Origin: Oikopleura dioica
Taxonomy: Eukaryota > Animalia > Chordata
Reading direction: 5' to 3'
Assembly: GCA_907165135.1 (NCBI GenBank)
Contig: OU015569.1
Coordinates: 11,036,001-11,100,000, forward strand
Length of the DNA stretch: 64,000 nt
A program made the position numbers and the translations under genes. The first letter of the stretch is position 1. Each line of letters opens with the position of its first letter. The notes under the pieces were generated by a model. That model did not search any database and was not told the origin of the DNA. It saw only the letters and a list, made by a program, of their open reading frames with translations. Below, in pieces: positions 1 through 13,000 of this stretch.

Positions 1-1513
1 TCTCAGCTCTTCTTCGACAATAATGATGTTCGCAGAAGTCGAGTCAAGTTCGCTAAAGCCCCGTTTTATTTCGGCCATAGAAACTTCCATCTCCGACGTT
101 TTCTTTTCCTCAATCTCGAATCGCCCGCCAAGTTCCTCGAGTTTGAACATCGAGTCTTCCACGAATCGCTCCAGTTGCTTGTGGATCAAGGCCGTTTTTC
201 GCAATCGATCGAGTTCATTTTCAAGATCCTCCATCGCCTTGAGCTCGTTGGCGACCTGTCTTCTCATATCCGCCTCATCAGAAATTCCTTGCGCCGATTC
301 TTGATTCTCGAATTCGGCCACTTTTGCCCTGAGCTGCGTGATTTCCTCTTCCAGATCTGCCCTGCCGCCATCTTTCTCCAACTTCTCCTGGAGTTCGAGC
401 AACTGGTCGTCGGTCTTCTGCAGGTTGCGATGCAGACCCTTGAGTTTCTTCACCTGTGCAATTTTGCTCTCGAGTGTGTCTTCCAACTCAGCGACTTTTT
501 TCCTCTCCGCCTCGAGTTCCGCCATCGCATCTTCCAATTCTTGTTGGTGCTTGTCGCAGAGCTCGTCTAAACCACGCTCCAGCTGGGCGGAATGCTCCTG
601 CTCATTTTCCAACTTTTTGAGCAAAGTTTCGAGCGTCTCTTCAAGCTCGACGATTTCCGACTCTGCCGTCTTCAGCCGGGAAAGGTAGCGCTCATCCTTC
701 TTGTTTTGCGCTTGTTTTTCCTCGACCAACAACATGGAGAACTTCTTGAGCTTCTCGATCTCTTCCGAAGAGTCTTTCTTCAATTTCTCGTAGTTCCTCG
801 AAATCCCGTCGTATCGAGTTTTTTCTTCTTCCAGAAGAAGCTTCATTTTTTGCCGGTCAGCCTCTAACAATCATTTTTTTTGTCAAAAAAGCAAATTTTC
901 TATTTTACCTAAAAGATTTACAAACTCATCAGATTTGTCCATGTATTCTTGATGTTTTCGTTTTTCTTTTCCGAACTCTTCCATCAGCTAAAAATTCGTA
1001 TGAACATCTTTTTTGCCTGAAGAAAAACGGAGTCTCACTTGGTGATGTTTTTGCTCGGTGGAGCACATTTCCCTCTTCAATTTTCGCATCGACTCCTTTT
1101 GGTGCTCAATGATGCTCTTGAGTTGACCAACTGTGTTCCCCGTTTTTTCGTCATCTGAACCAGTTTTACCTTCAACAATCTTTTTCTAGCATTCCGAAGC
1201 AGCGTCAGTGGGAGGGCGATGATTTAGCTTACCTGATGCGTTGATAAATTCATCCCTTTTTAAAGCTTCGCGTGCTGTATTCACTTGGCGCAGCTGTTGC
1301 TTCAGAATTGTTATTGCTTGGTCCCTTAATAAAATCGACTTGGACAGTGTTCTTCTCAAGAAAAACTCAAGAATAAAACAAGGATGAGTACCTAGCTTGT
1401 AGTTCTCCTTCGAAGACGGAGCATAGTCTTAAAAGCTCATCGTGTGTAAGTTTTCTCTGTTTCCCCTTTTGCTTCTTTTCTGACTTGACTGGATCAACAC
1501 TTGACTCGGACAT
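1..1513 (-). CDS. FILIP1: FILIP1/FILIP1L-like coiled-coil protein with CortBP2-type N-terminal domain (multi-exon, 3' end beyond the left edge)
   Basis: Spliced minus-strand translation from ATG 1513: MSESS...LLRLCSVFEGELQARDQAITILK...QLKSIIEHQKESMRKL...KRKHQEYMDKSDEFVNLL. This matches the FILIP1/1L motifs EGELQARDEVI and RKHKEYMEKSDEF, followed by Glu/Lys-rich coiled coil. GT-AG introns. Confidence 0.75.
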
Positions 1514-2139
1514 TTCTTCCCCCCTAAATTTTCCAAGTTTCTTCGCTCTTCTCTGTGATTTTTATGAGTTAATTAGCTGCTGGAATTATCAATTCAATTT
1601 TTCATTTGTGAATTTTTTTTTTGGGAATGTGAAATTTTGAATTTTTGTCAAGAGCTGCGCCCGTGTCAGCTGCGCGCTGCAGGTAGTTTCTGCCATTTTG
1701 CCATAAGAGAAGAGTTACTCATCCTGCGCTACCTCCCCCACCTCAACCAAGGAGCTCGCGCTCTGTTCAGAGTTCAGCCCTTTTTTCAACTAATCTGCAT
1801 TTTGAATTGAATAGAAATGTTACTTACTAATTGAATAATGATCGAAGGATACTTTTAAGCAGGTAAAATAAGGGGGTGACTCTGTTAACTAATGTTGAAG
1901 TTACAACCCGAAAATTGGGTTCAAATTGTCTGACCCCAATATTAATGAAATGATTTTTTCTTTGTTGATGAAGCTCGAATAATTTTTGTTAAAAACGCTG
2001 TTGAATTACGTCCAAATATTTTCGTTCATCGCAAGCAAACATTGACGGGGATGCGGTTTCACCGACGCTAGAGTTGCGCCACGGTGTAATAAAAAGGTTT
2101 CGCCTCGGTCAACAATTCTCAAAAGAGAATTTCAAGCTG

Positions 2140-3903
2140 ATGAAGTTTGCAAAAGCCCTTCTTTTCAATCTCGCCGCAGCAAGGCAATGGGACTTTTTCT
2201 TCCTTGAGCCAGCTCCGGAACCCAATTCGTACCCCGAACCAGCGCCGGAGCCGAAACCTGAGCCTGTTAGAAATTTAGGAATTGCGATAGAAATGAACTT
2301 ATATTTCTATTTTGCAAGGGTCTTACAGAAGAAACTCCATCATCGAGCAATGTTTGACGTCCATAACTGGTTAGGTGGTAACTTATAAAGATTGTATGAT
2401 TTATGTGTAATTATTAGTGTGTCTAATTATCAAATGATAATGTTATTAATAATGTTATTAGTAGGTGTAACGGTCTAAAAATCAGCTTATCCTTATCTCT
2501 TTCTAAGGCTTTCGTTTTTTCTTTATTATGAATCGCAAATCATTTTGATCACTGGAACCTAACTTTTTGATAAAGATGAGCTGATTTTTAGACTGTTACA
2601 CCTAATTATGAGTCAATGAATTACTAGTAGAACTTCAATTCTAGATTCTCTTAAAAATCCATATCGAGCTTAATTTTCGAGTAGTTATGGTTTCCCAAAT
2701 AATCCGGGCCAAATTTCACTTTTCTCATCATTTACCGGATAAAAATTCAGATTTTATGACGTCTGACCCTCGTAAGGTGGTTACTTTTTGTTGAAGATTG
2801 TTTGATTTATGTGTAGTTATTCATAGACTATCTTATTATCATTCCCAGAGGATTAAGAACTTGGATATTGCACTTGCTATTAGTTGATCTTCAATTCTTG
2901 AATTTCTTTAAAAATCGATATTGAGCTTGATTTTTGTATAGTTATGGTTTCCCGAATTTCACTTTTCTCATCATTCGTTTTTTGTGATTTTTAATAGAAA
3001 ATCAAGTTTTACTAAAGATAACTGAACAATTATTAATCTGGTTCGTGGAGGCATAATTTAGCCGAGAAAATATTCATTTTTGCTAATTTCTAGCAAATTT
3101 TCTATCTCAAAAATAGGTCGAGGAAAGTTTGCGAGCCGGATACCTGCGGCGCTAGAATACAGGAAGAGCTTGTAAAACTTGTTCTTTCCCACTCTGAGGA
3201 ATGAGGGTGGCTCCACCGCGGCACCGCGCGCAACTTACTTCTCACGCTGGGACTCAGTGATTCCACCAACTGACGGAGACCCAGGGGAATTGAACGATAG
3301 TTAAAAAAGCTCTTAAAAAAGCTGGCCACCATTCGACTGCAAGGTCAAGAGCGACTTTCCCGTGCCGGACAATCAAGGACGTTTTCACTGCAAACAACGG
3401 GAATTCAAGGAATTCGGACTCAAGGCGGCCGGTTTACAAAGATCCAAGGTCTAGTTCTTTCTTCTGTGGGAAAAGTATCGTTTTTTAAAGCTTTTTTAAA
3501 TCATTGTCTAGGAGTAAGGAACGTTGATTTCTAGCGCAAGGCGTTTGGGTATGTGACCGAGTGCGAGCTCAGTTGTCCGCCGTCGATGGTGCCTGCTGCA
3601 GGGACTTTGAAATACAGTTGCTACGAGTACAACAACCAGGAGCGCTGGAGTGTACCCCTCGGCGGCTGTACTTTTCCCAAACTTCCTCCGAGTTTGGAGG
3701 GAACCAATTTCGGCCTGGTCTCGAAGGACTACACCGAAATTCTACCAGAAGATTGCAGCCGAAAATGTAGAAGAAAAATGAAAAAGACTGGCGAACGAAG
3801 ATACAAAAAGGTTCACTTTACTATTCTATATCTGATATTTAATGCATATTCTTAGAGTAACAAGCGTGCTCGGCGTCATTTGAAAATGCGAAGAAAACTG
3901 TAA
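2140..3903 (+). CDS. Secreted protein with (PE)n linker, one 6-Cys sushi/CCP-like domain and a basic C-terminal tail
   Basis: Signal-like start MKFAKALLFNLAAA and PEPAPEPKPEP repeats. Spliced exons give DC..PDNQGRFHC..TECELSCPP..GTLKYSC....W..PLGGC, the Cys/Trp spacing of selectin/SRPX-type sushi domains. Ends KRARRHLKMRRKL* at 3901-3903. Exact 5' junctions are uncertain. Confidence 0.6.
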
Positions 3904-4074
3904 AGAACTGACTGTAACTTGAAGAACTGAAAAATGCTACGAGCATTTCACAATTTCTTGAAATATAGAACAAATATTCAAGTGTATTACAAAGGATAGA
4001 ATATGTAAAAGTAAAAAAATAGAAAATGTTTCTGTGTGTCGAATTTCGAAAAAAAGAGAATTACAGGAAGAAAA

Positions 4075-7000
4075 TTATCTTGGGTCAACGGCCTTGCCGG
4101 CCCAGCTGTTGATGAAGGCGATGGTCTCGGTCAGCTCGGCAGTTCCGTTTCGAGCAAGGGAGGAGAGGAGTCGGTAATCGGCCTTGTTGGCGGCGCGTCC
4201 TTTTCGGAACTCGACGCAATCATCTGCCTGGACAGGGTAGCCTGTTTTCCGTGTGAACAAAGTATCTCATCAAATTTGGTGTTTACGAATTGTAATTTTT
4301 GGCACACGTTCCTGTAATGACACACGCTCGCCCAGTGTGACCAACGTCGCCTTCGAATCGGCCGCGGCGGTCTCTTGGCAGTCCCGTGGCGGCCGTTTGT
4401 TGATCAATTGACATGCTCAACACCCAGTTCCGGATCTCGTCAACCTCGACTTTGGACATGCAAACTTTAGCTGGCAATCGGAACTCGAGTGGGATTTCTG
4501 TGTCTTCGAAGCCTTCTGGGTCCAAGTTGTGGTCGTCCGATTCGATTGCTTCGACGATATCAAGGAATCTTTTGTTTGGCTTTCAAAATCGATTCCTACA
4601 CGCTTAAATTTGATAAAGGAAAGAGCACAATAACCGTTGAAGATGAACTAAAGTTTTCGTAAATTTTAAAGCCAATTTGCCTATTCATGAACATTAGCGC
4701 CATATCAACCCTCTTTGCATCTCTGCAGTCAACACCAGCATCGAAGAATGCTCGATCAGCAGCAATGGTGTTGATGTATCGGAGCAGAGTGGTGGAAATC
4801 TTGGCAGTAAGGGATTCCGCACCATTGAGCGTCTTCAGCGCGGCGCGCAACCCAATGTAGTGAGCAATCGTGGCGAAGTTTTCAAACTCGCCCATTGCCG
4901 GGCTGCCCGCTTGTTGCAGCTCCTCGGAGACTTTGGAGAGCACTTTTCGAAGATCCGCCCAGCGCTGGTACTCTTTCGCAGGGTTGTTGTCAGGAGGCGC
5001 TTCAAAGGCTTCTTTCGCCAGGAACCGGTAGATTTTGAGCACATTCTCCTTTATTGGCGTGCCATACTTGGCGAAAACAGCGATCGCTTTTCCATTCCGT
5101 CCCTTTTTGATCATTTCTGCGGCATAAACCGCGACGTATTTGTGGTACAACTGGACAGAGTGCGTCTTTGCTTTTTCAAGACACTTGTCCCACTGGCCTC
5201 GCTCCTTGTACATTTCCAAGGCGGATTGAAGATCGCTTCCGGCGAGTTCGTCTGCATTGCCCTTTTCTTTCAAAAACTTGCGGTGTTTTTCTTCGACGTG
5301 GGGCAGCAGCGCGGGCTCCATTTCCTTCGCCACCTTTTTCGCCTTGTTCCACTCGTTGCCCTCCATCAAGCATTTGATAGCAGATTTACTGTCGTTGATC
5401 GAGAGCAAAATCTTGGCCGCACTAGTGTAACGGCCGATTTCTTGCAATTTTGAAGCAACGTGGCTGCTGATTTTGGCGGTCTTGTCCGGCAAGAACTTTT
5501 CAGAAAGCTTCATTGCTCGAGTCCAGTACTTTTCTAGGGCGGACTTGTCTGTGCTCATGTCGGGCTGGATCTTGAGGTAAGTACTGATCGCTTGGACGTA
5601 CTCTTGCTCCTTTTCCCAACCAGTGGCGGATTCGACAATCGATCTCAAATCACTGGGAGCATGGTCAGGCACGGATGGAACTCGGGGTGGCAGTGCTTCC
5701 ATCGGACGCCCTCCTTGGTCGCGATACTCTTGCTGAAGTTCGCCAAGAAGCTGCGAGTTTGCACAGTATTCAGAAGCAACCCGGATCGCATCTCGAATGT
5801 TTCCAGATTGTCGGTAGAGATCAACAGCAATCTCCGGCTTCTCCGCGCGAAGAAGGAAAGCCTCGGCAGTTTGGTAATCCTCCTTGGCAAACGCTTGGGA
5901 GGCTTGGCCGATGAGAATGTCCTGGAGGGAGTTTTTATCGCCAGAGTCGTTAGCCACGCGCTCAGCGGAATCCCAGTCCTTGTTATGGACGTACATTAGT
6001 ACAGCTTCACGATGCTTTTTCGCCTTGACAAAATGGACCTCTGCGGTGGCGAAATCGCCCTCGTCTTCGTGGTGCATCGCCACTTTCTCGTGTACGTCGA
6101 AGGTTTTCTGAGGATTACCACACGAGCGAGCAAGTTCAAAGGCAAAGTCAAACGCACCGTTCGTCGCAGCAATGTCGATCACGTCGTCCATGCGGCGCAA
6201 CCTATTGAGCAGTTTTACTGCTGACTCGCCGCCCAGGGACTTGGCCCATAAAAACGCGAGTTGTTTTTCGGCAATGTCGCCAGCGTGCGTGCGCGCGATG
6301 CGGTACGCGTCCTCCCACATATTCGCGCCGCGATACATATTGATTGTTGACTTCCAGTCGCTGCCCTTGATGAAGTACTTTTCCGCCTGCGAGTAGGCGT
6401 TGTCCTCGGCGAGTGCTTTGCCAACAGCAGCATACGACTTGTCAACGAGATCTGGGTGATATTGCTCCACCAGACGGATCATGTCGTCCCATTTCTTCAG
6501 CCGCTTGTACATCGAAATCGCCGAGTCCTCCTTCTCGCACAGGAGCAACAACTCCTCCGCGACATCGTACTTGCCCTGGTCGGCCATCTCGTCCGCCTTC
6601 CCAGTAAATAGACGATCCACCTCAGTATTCGTCATGCTCTGCGAAGCCATAATGAACGCTTCACGCCACCTGCCAGAATCGAGTAACAGAGTCACCGCGT
6701 TCCTTTCGTCTCCAGATTTGATCATCAACTCAGCCGCCTTGTCTACTTCTTGCGTTTTGCTGAAGTGCGCGGCGATGACCTTGAAGTACTTGGCATACGA
6801 AGGATCGTCGGCTACTTCTTCGAGAATGTGCTGTGCTTTGGTCCATTGACGCGCGTTGATTGCTGCTTCGATCGCCCTAAAAAAAAAGTTTCTTTGTTGA
6901 TTTCTGGAGAATTTCTTACTTGTGAGATTCTCCAGCTTCAATGAAGTGGTTGATCGCGGCGTCGTACTGCTTCAACGAGCAGAGATGATCGCCCCAAGCG

Positions 7001-10000
7001 TTCTCGAGCTTCGTTACGTCCTGGGGATTGTGTGCCCGCGCGAGTTCGACAGCACGACGATAAGCGTGCCCACGTCGGAAGCACTCCATGGCGCGGTCCG
7101 CCTGGCCCACCGCTTCAAACATTTCGCCGGCTACTTCAAACATTTCATTCTTCACCAGTCCGGTGGCGACTTGATTGAACAAACTCGCATCCGACAGCAG
7201 GTTCTAACAATAAGATTGATTCAAGTGCCAGTGAAAGTATTAAATCTAATTGAAACTCGCTAGGGGGTCAATTAACAATAAAACAAAACCCAATCTGAAA
7301 CTCTCAGATTAAAAACTCAGTAACTTAGAATCTCAGAAATGTCTGTATTCACTCAAATGAAAATTCAAACTTTAAAACGCTAGAAAATGACTAATTTATG
7401 AGTAAAAATCTCGAAACCCAAATTACTGCCGGCTCAGAACAGGGGACAATTAGGGCGCGATTCAGCAGTTGAATCTGACGGATCATCTCGGGCAATTTCG
7501 ACAAAGTCGAATCGAGATTTGCCCAATTATCTTGTCAGACAAGTCAAACCACGACCTTTATAAGCAGCTTCCTATTTATATAAAAAACGACGAGGATAAT
7601 AGAATGCTGCAATTTCAGAATTCAAGGGCTACTAAAGCTATTGATCTAGTTAATCCCATGTTCGATCGTGCCCGCCAACCCGCTATCATTCATCCAGCGC
7701 ATTATCAGCATTCAATTTAAGCTGGTCAGGGACATCCATTAATCATGCCACCTGTTTTTTGCTCAGAATTCAATATTCATACGAACTATCTTCAAGTGAC
7801 TCTTCTGAAAAATATTGAAAAATGAAAATATCGACAAAAAATATGTTAAAAAATTCTCCACTGGGTCTTTAATTCTAACTTTAACTATTTAACTTTAACA
7901 ATATTATATTTTAACTCTGTTTTAGTGATAAATTCAAAAAAGAAGACGGCCTTTGCCAAAACTACTTTCGAATAAAACTGTAACAAGATCGATGAAAGCT
8001 TATGGAATTCAGCCTCGGAGGAAAATTTCAGCATGTGTAGAAAATCAGTCTATGGCTAGACTAAAGACCTGTCTCCAAGCTTTAGAGAGTGAGTGTTGCG
8101 CGCGAGGGCAAAAAACGCGGCGCTCAAACGCGCTCTCTCGCTACTTTTTTTCTTCTCTCTCTGCGAGCTGGGTGTGTATGCTTGGACCCAAGATGAAACA
8201 GTGAAACCCAACGCGGCCTCTTTAATGAGTCCACCCGCGCTAGAATGAGATAACAGAACCTGCTGAAGAACGCGCGAAACTAAATAAGAGACAAGAAAAC
8301 AAGGAAGAAAAAAAAGAGGATCGAAAAAGGATGCAACCACCAGAGTTGGAAAACAAGCGCTGCGCAGCGTGTGGCGAGCGTTTGACAAGAGAAGATAGCG
8401 TTCTCCAGTGCAATGGCGAGTTCTTCCACTCAGAGTGTTTTGTCTGCGCCCAGTGCTTTCAGGAAATTGTCAATCTCACAAACTCATTATCCAGCGATTA
8501 CAGATCAACCCAACTTCAAGTTACTCAATTTTACTTGCGTTGAAACTGAAGTCAACTTTTTACTCAAAATTTGAAATTTTCAAAGGTAGATTCAAAACAA
8601 CTTGAGAACTTAGTAGTGATTCCTGATCTCACTTTTTATCGAAAGCTACTATATTTGTCCGCCTCTGGAATGCAGAGGGAGTTTATCCGGAAACAACTCG
8701 CTCTTGTGACAAAGTAAATAGTCCTTTCCAGATAATGAATTTTATGAAAACCACGGAAAACGCTACTGCCCACACGATTTCGAAGTGTTGTATGCTCCCC
8801 AATGCCACACATGCGACGAGTTCATCAAGGGCGAATTCGTCGAGGTAAGCATTTTTATAAACACATAATCATGCGTAAAAAACAATCATTTCTAAGTTGA
8901 TGATCTCACCAACGCTTTTAATTTCCTTGTCAAGTTTGACAAGAGCTTAACACTCTATAAAACTTCAATAAAATTCCTGAGTATTTATCACTGTATGTAG
9001 CAAAATTTCCTTTTAGGCGATGAATCATCACTGGCACAAGGAATGTTTCAATTGTAACAGGTGCCAAAAATCGGCGACGGAGGTATTGACATTAACGACT
9101 ATCTGACCTTTTACTTTCTGATGAGCCGACGCCAGCTAGGTTCATCCGTAGATGCAAATCATGCTCAATCAAAATCTTGAAAAGGATGTGATTGCGGAAA
9201 CCAGCTGACTTCTGGCCAAAAATTTTTTCTACACATGATTTCTAGTGGAAAAAGCATAAATACAGTTTACAAGATGTATTCTCTTCGATACTATTTTTTC
9301 GTTTCAGTCGTTTGTGCCATTTCGAGATAACAGCCTGAATGGAGAGGGATTCAAAATAATCTGCGGCGAGTGTCATCAAGAGATTCTCAAACTCCGCGGC
9401 GATCGAGACATCTGCCAGGCATGTTGGCAGCCGATCGAGGCCGTCGAGGAGAATATGAAGCTCAGGTACAAGGTAACACTCGAACAACAAAAGCAAACAG
9501 TTAAATTAACGATTTTTTCTTATGCCAGGGTGACCCGTATCACTCGTATCACTTCAACTGCGCGCATTGTCAGCGGGAGCTCACCTCCAATGCCAAGGAA
9601 AGGGACTAGCACTGATAACTGATAACAGTGCAAATATTGATTCAGAATCAGTACTAGTCCCTTACTTACAGGAACACAGAGGGAAGCTCATGTGCCGCAA
9701 GTGCTACGATGAGACGGAGACTGAGATTTGCGCCGCCTGCCACCGCCCTATTGATGGACGCATACTCAAAGCAATGGGAAAGGTATTTTTTCGGAAAAGC
9801 TCCCCTTTGTCAATAATCAAGCACCGCTAAGTTGTATTCACTGGAACAGACACTGTTCCACCTTGAAACTAAAACCCAAGCACTTTTACTCAGAAGGCAA
9901 ATTTGAGCTGGATAGCTTCGGAAAGCAAAATTTACAGTCATTTAGGCCTGGCATCACCACCATTTCGTCTGCTCAACATGCGAAAAACCCTTTGCCAAAA

Positions 10001-13000
10001 ACTCGTTTTTCGCTGGCAACGATGGTCGCCCATATTGCGAGGTAGAAAATTACTCACTTTTCCCGCCCATTTAACGATTATTTCTTTACAATAGTACCAT
10101 TTTAACAAACTTTATGGGTCGACGTGCGCGTTCTGCGATCGTGTGATAAAGACACAGGTAAAATGCTATTCTAACTTTAGCAGTTCTTTGATGCGACAAT
10201 TCAGGTGGTGAGTACGTTCGAGAAAAAATGGTGCGAGCCGTGTTACAGGTGCTACTGTTGTAACAGGACGCTAAAGTCGAAAGAAAAGGTGGTAGAATTC
10301 GATATGAGACCCTGTTGCAAGTCCTGTTTTGATAAGGTGAGCCTCTTAGACCAATTAATTCTTAACGATTCTAACGAATTCTAAATTCTAGTTCCCTTAT
10401 GAATTAAAGAAGAGAATGAAGAAGGCACAAGACGTTTACAATAAAGATTGCCAGACACAGCTCAAGAACGAAAAAAGGCAAAGAAAGAAAAGCCACTGGA
10501 AAAACACTGATTCACCTGCTTGAACCGCAAATGACCTCACACAAAACTCGACCACGCATTGACTTCAAAGCTTAATTCTGTTACAACCAATTTCAAATCC
10601 CATTTTCGTCCCCAGTCGTCCGCCCGACGCGTGCCCCTTGCTCAAGTTCAAGAATAATAAAAAAATAAAACCTCAAAAAATAACGATAAAACACGAAAAA
10701 AGACCGCTCAGCTAATTAAATAAAACTGCGCATGAATGAAAGATTGAGCAAAAGAAGCAAGTTTCAAGAAGTTTAAAAAAATGAATGAGTCGTTAGTTGG
10801 ATTAAAAGATTCTAGCGAATAGGGTTATGAATGAGACTCACCGGATTACGGAGCATTATCTTGGCAGCCTTGGCAGGCAGCCCCGCATTCAAATACAAAT
10901 CGATCGCTTTCTGGATATCTCCTATAAACAAGGGTCAATATAAAATGCCGCTTAAAAGTTTTAATTTTTAATGCACTCTTAATTCGCCCTAATTAAATGG
11001 ATTATAAGCGGGTGAATATCGAAGAAAAACTTTTAGAGAAATAAGTTATTTCAAATAACGCAAGGATTTCATCGTACTTTTTGCGAGATCGAATAAAGGT
11101 GTCACCGTGTAAAATTAACTGCAAAATTCTTGCGATGTATACCCGATAAATTTATCAGGTTATGAACTAAAGTGAAATCATGGAGGAAATCGGAACTGAA
11201 CATGACTAGTTATTGCCGGCAATAATAAGACCCTATCCTTCACTTTCAACAAAAGATCCAGCCAGGCCCATTTGGCGCGTATCTCTGAGCCATGTCAGGT
11301 AGCGCTGTCGAAGGTGATTGACCGTTTCGGGGTTGTATCGCGTCGCTAGTCTGATTGCATCTTCCCATAGATTCAGCTCCGTGTACCTTGAAAACGATAA
11401 TCATCAAGGGTTGCCTACTTCTATCTTACATTTCAATAGCTTCGTCATGGTGATTCTCCTCGATGAAGAACTGCTCCGCGAGTGAGTAGTTTCCATTTAG
11501 CTGTGCCATCATCGCTCTAGCTTTCATCGAATCCGATCGTGGCCGACCTGTCTCTTCTTCGTAAAAGATACTCTCCACTTGAACTCGGTGAAGATATCTG
11601 ATCTTCGCCACATCGCCAAGATATCCGAACGCTCTTAGGGCAATGTCGACATTTTCTGCTTCTAGGGCTAGTTTTGCCAAAGTCGACCACATGATCGCAC
11701 CGCCCTGGTGCCCTTCTGGAAGCGACTCCAGATATTCACAAGCTCGATTGAGATCGCCATCTTCTACTGCTGTTCCGAACTCGATCAGCTCCTCGTCAAG
11801 TTTGTAGCGATTCTGGAAGGCGCCTTCTTGAACGATAATGTCGGTCCGACTCCCACTGCGCTCAATGCCTGTTACGTCGCCTTTGATTTGGATGTTGATC
11901 ATTCGGTCGACATCGTCGATGTTGTACCAAACAGAGACTTGGTTTCTGTTCTGTGCGACGACTACGTCCGATCCAGGCACCCACTGGGAATACGTGCAGT
12001 TGCCGAGAAGCATCACTGTCTTCTGCGCGGTTATGTCGTGAATCCAGAGTCGGTAGCGGCGATCGCGGAAGAGCAGCTTCGTCGCTTTTTCGTTGAGCTC
12101 GAGCCAGTCGAAGCGGTTGTCGTGGGGAATGTGCGCGATTGTCTGTCGAGTATTCAAGTCGTTAATAACGACGGATTTCGGGTCAGCAAGATACGCCAGC
12201 ATGCGAATGTTCGATTTGCGTTCGCCAACTCTGGCGGAGATGAGATTTCTGCTCATATGCTCTGTCCTCACGCACTCCAAGATCTCCTCGGCGCCGTACT
12301 CGACGAGCGACAACTCCCCAGCGTTGAACACGACGCAGACGTTAGCATTGTCGAAGGAGTATCGTTCATTTCCAGATCCTTTCCACTCGATTTCCGAAAG
12401 ACGAGCAGTTACCAGATCACCGAGCAAGAGCGTATTCTGTGTGTGGGAGACGATGTAACGCATTTCGGCACCGAGAATTTTCACGTCCTCGATTTCGTAG
12501 CCGTAGTTCGACTTTAGTACCATGCGACGACCGGAGGAGAGATCTTTAATAATTGCTTGGGAGAGACCGACGTAGGTGATTTCGAAGCGGTTTCGGTAAA
12601 TTTGTCGTTTCAGGGAACAGTCGAAAAGTGCCACGCCGCCGAGAAGCGTGCCTGCAGCTAGCTTTGATCCATCTGGCTTCCAGGTCATTGCGGTGACTGT
12701 ATAAAGATTCTCAATGTCCTTCGGGTCGCTTTCGATCCACTGGGATTGACGACTCGACCAGGTGAACAAGTGGAAGCGGTCGAAGCTGCCTAAGACGAGT
12801 GACTGGCCACTGGGGCTAACCGCAGCACTGGTGAATTCTTTCTCGCTCTCGGGGTACTCGAATCGTTGCAGTTCTTTACCATTCTTGCCGTAAACGACAA
12901 CACGCTTGTCTGAACCGGCACAGAAATAGCCGTTTGGAGTCCAAGCAAGAGCGGTTACTGGGCATGTATGAACGGCGAGGTTTCCGTTGACTTCGCTTGT

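Noticed and set aside
2866-2885. TATTGCACTTG, identical to the 5' part of miR-92
   Set aside because: The match stops after 11 nt and there is no complementary arm to form a pre-miRNA hairpin.
2388-2985. Degenerate duplicated blocks of about 30-90 bp in the large intron of the sushi gene
   Set aside because: Ordinary decayed local duplication with no termini or coding signal.
9300-9470. Possible partial duplication of a LIM half-domain in PINCH (KLRGD occurs twice)
   Set aside because: Alignment shows ICGECH is the normal end of LIM2 and ICQAC the normal start of LIM3; no duplication is needed.
11708-12517. Long plus-strand ORFs (also 4860-5453, 5592-5999, 15552-16094, 36275-36733, 57520-57909)
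   Set aside because: Antisense shadows of IFT172, TBX2/3 and Spire exons with no recognisable motifs.
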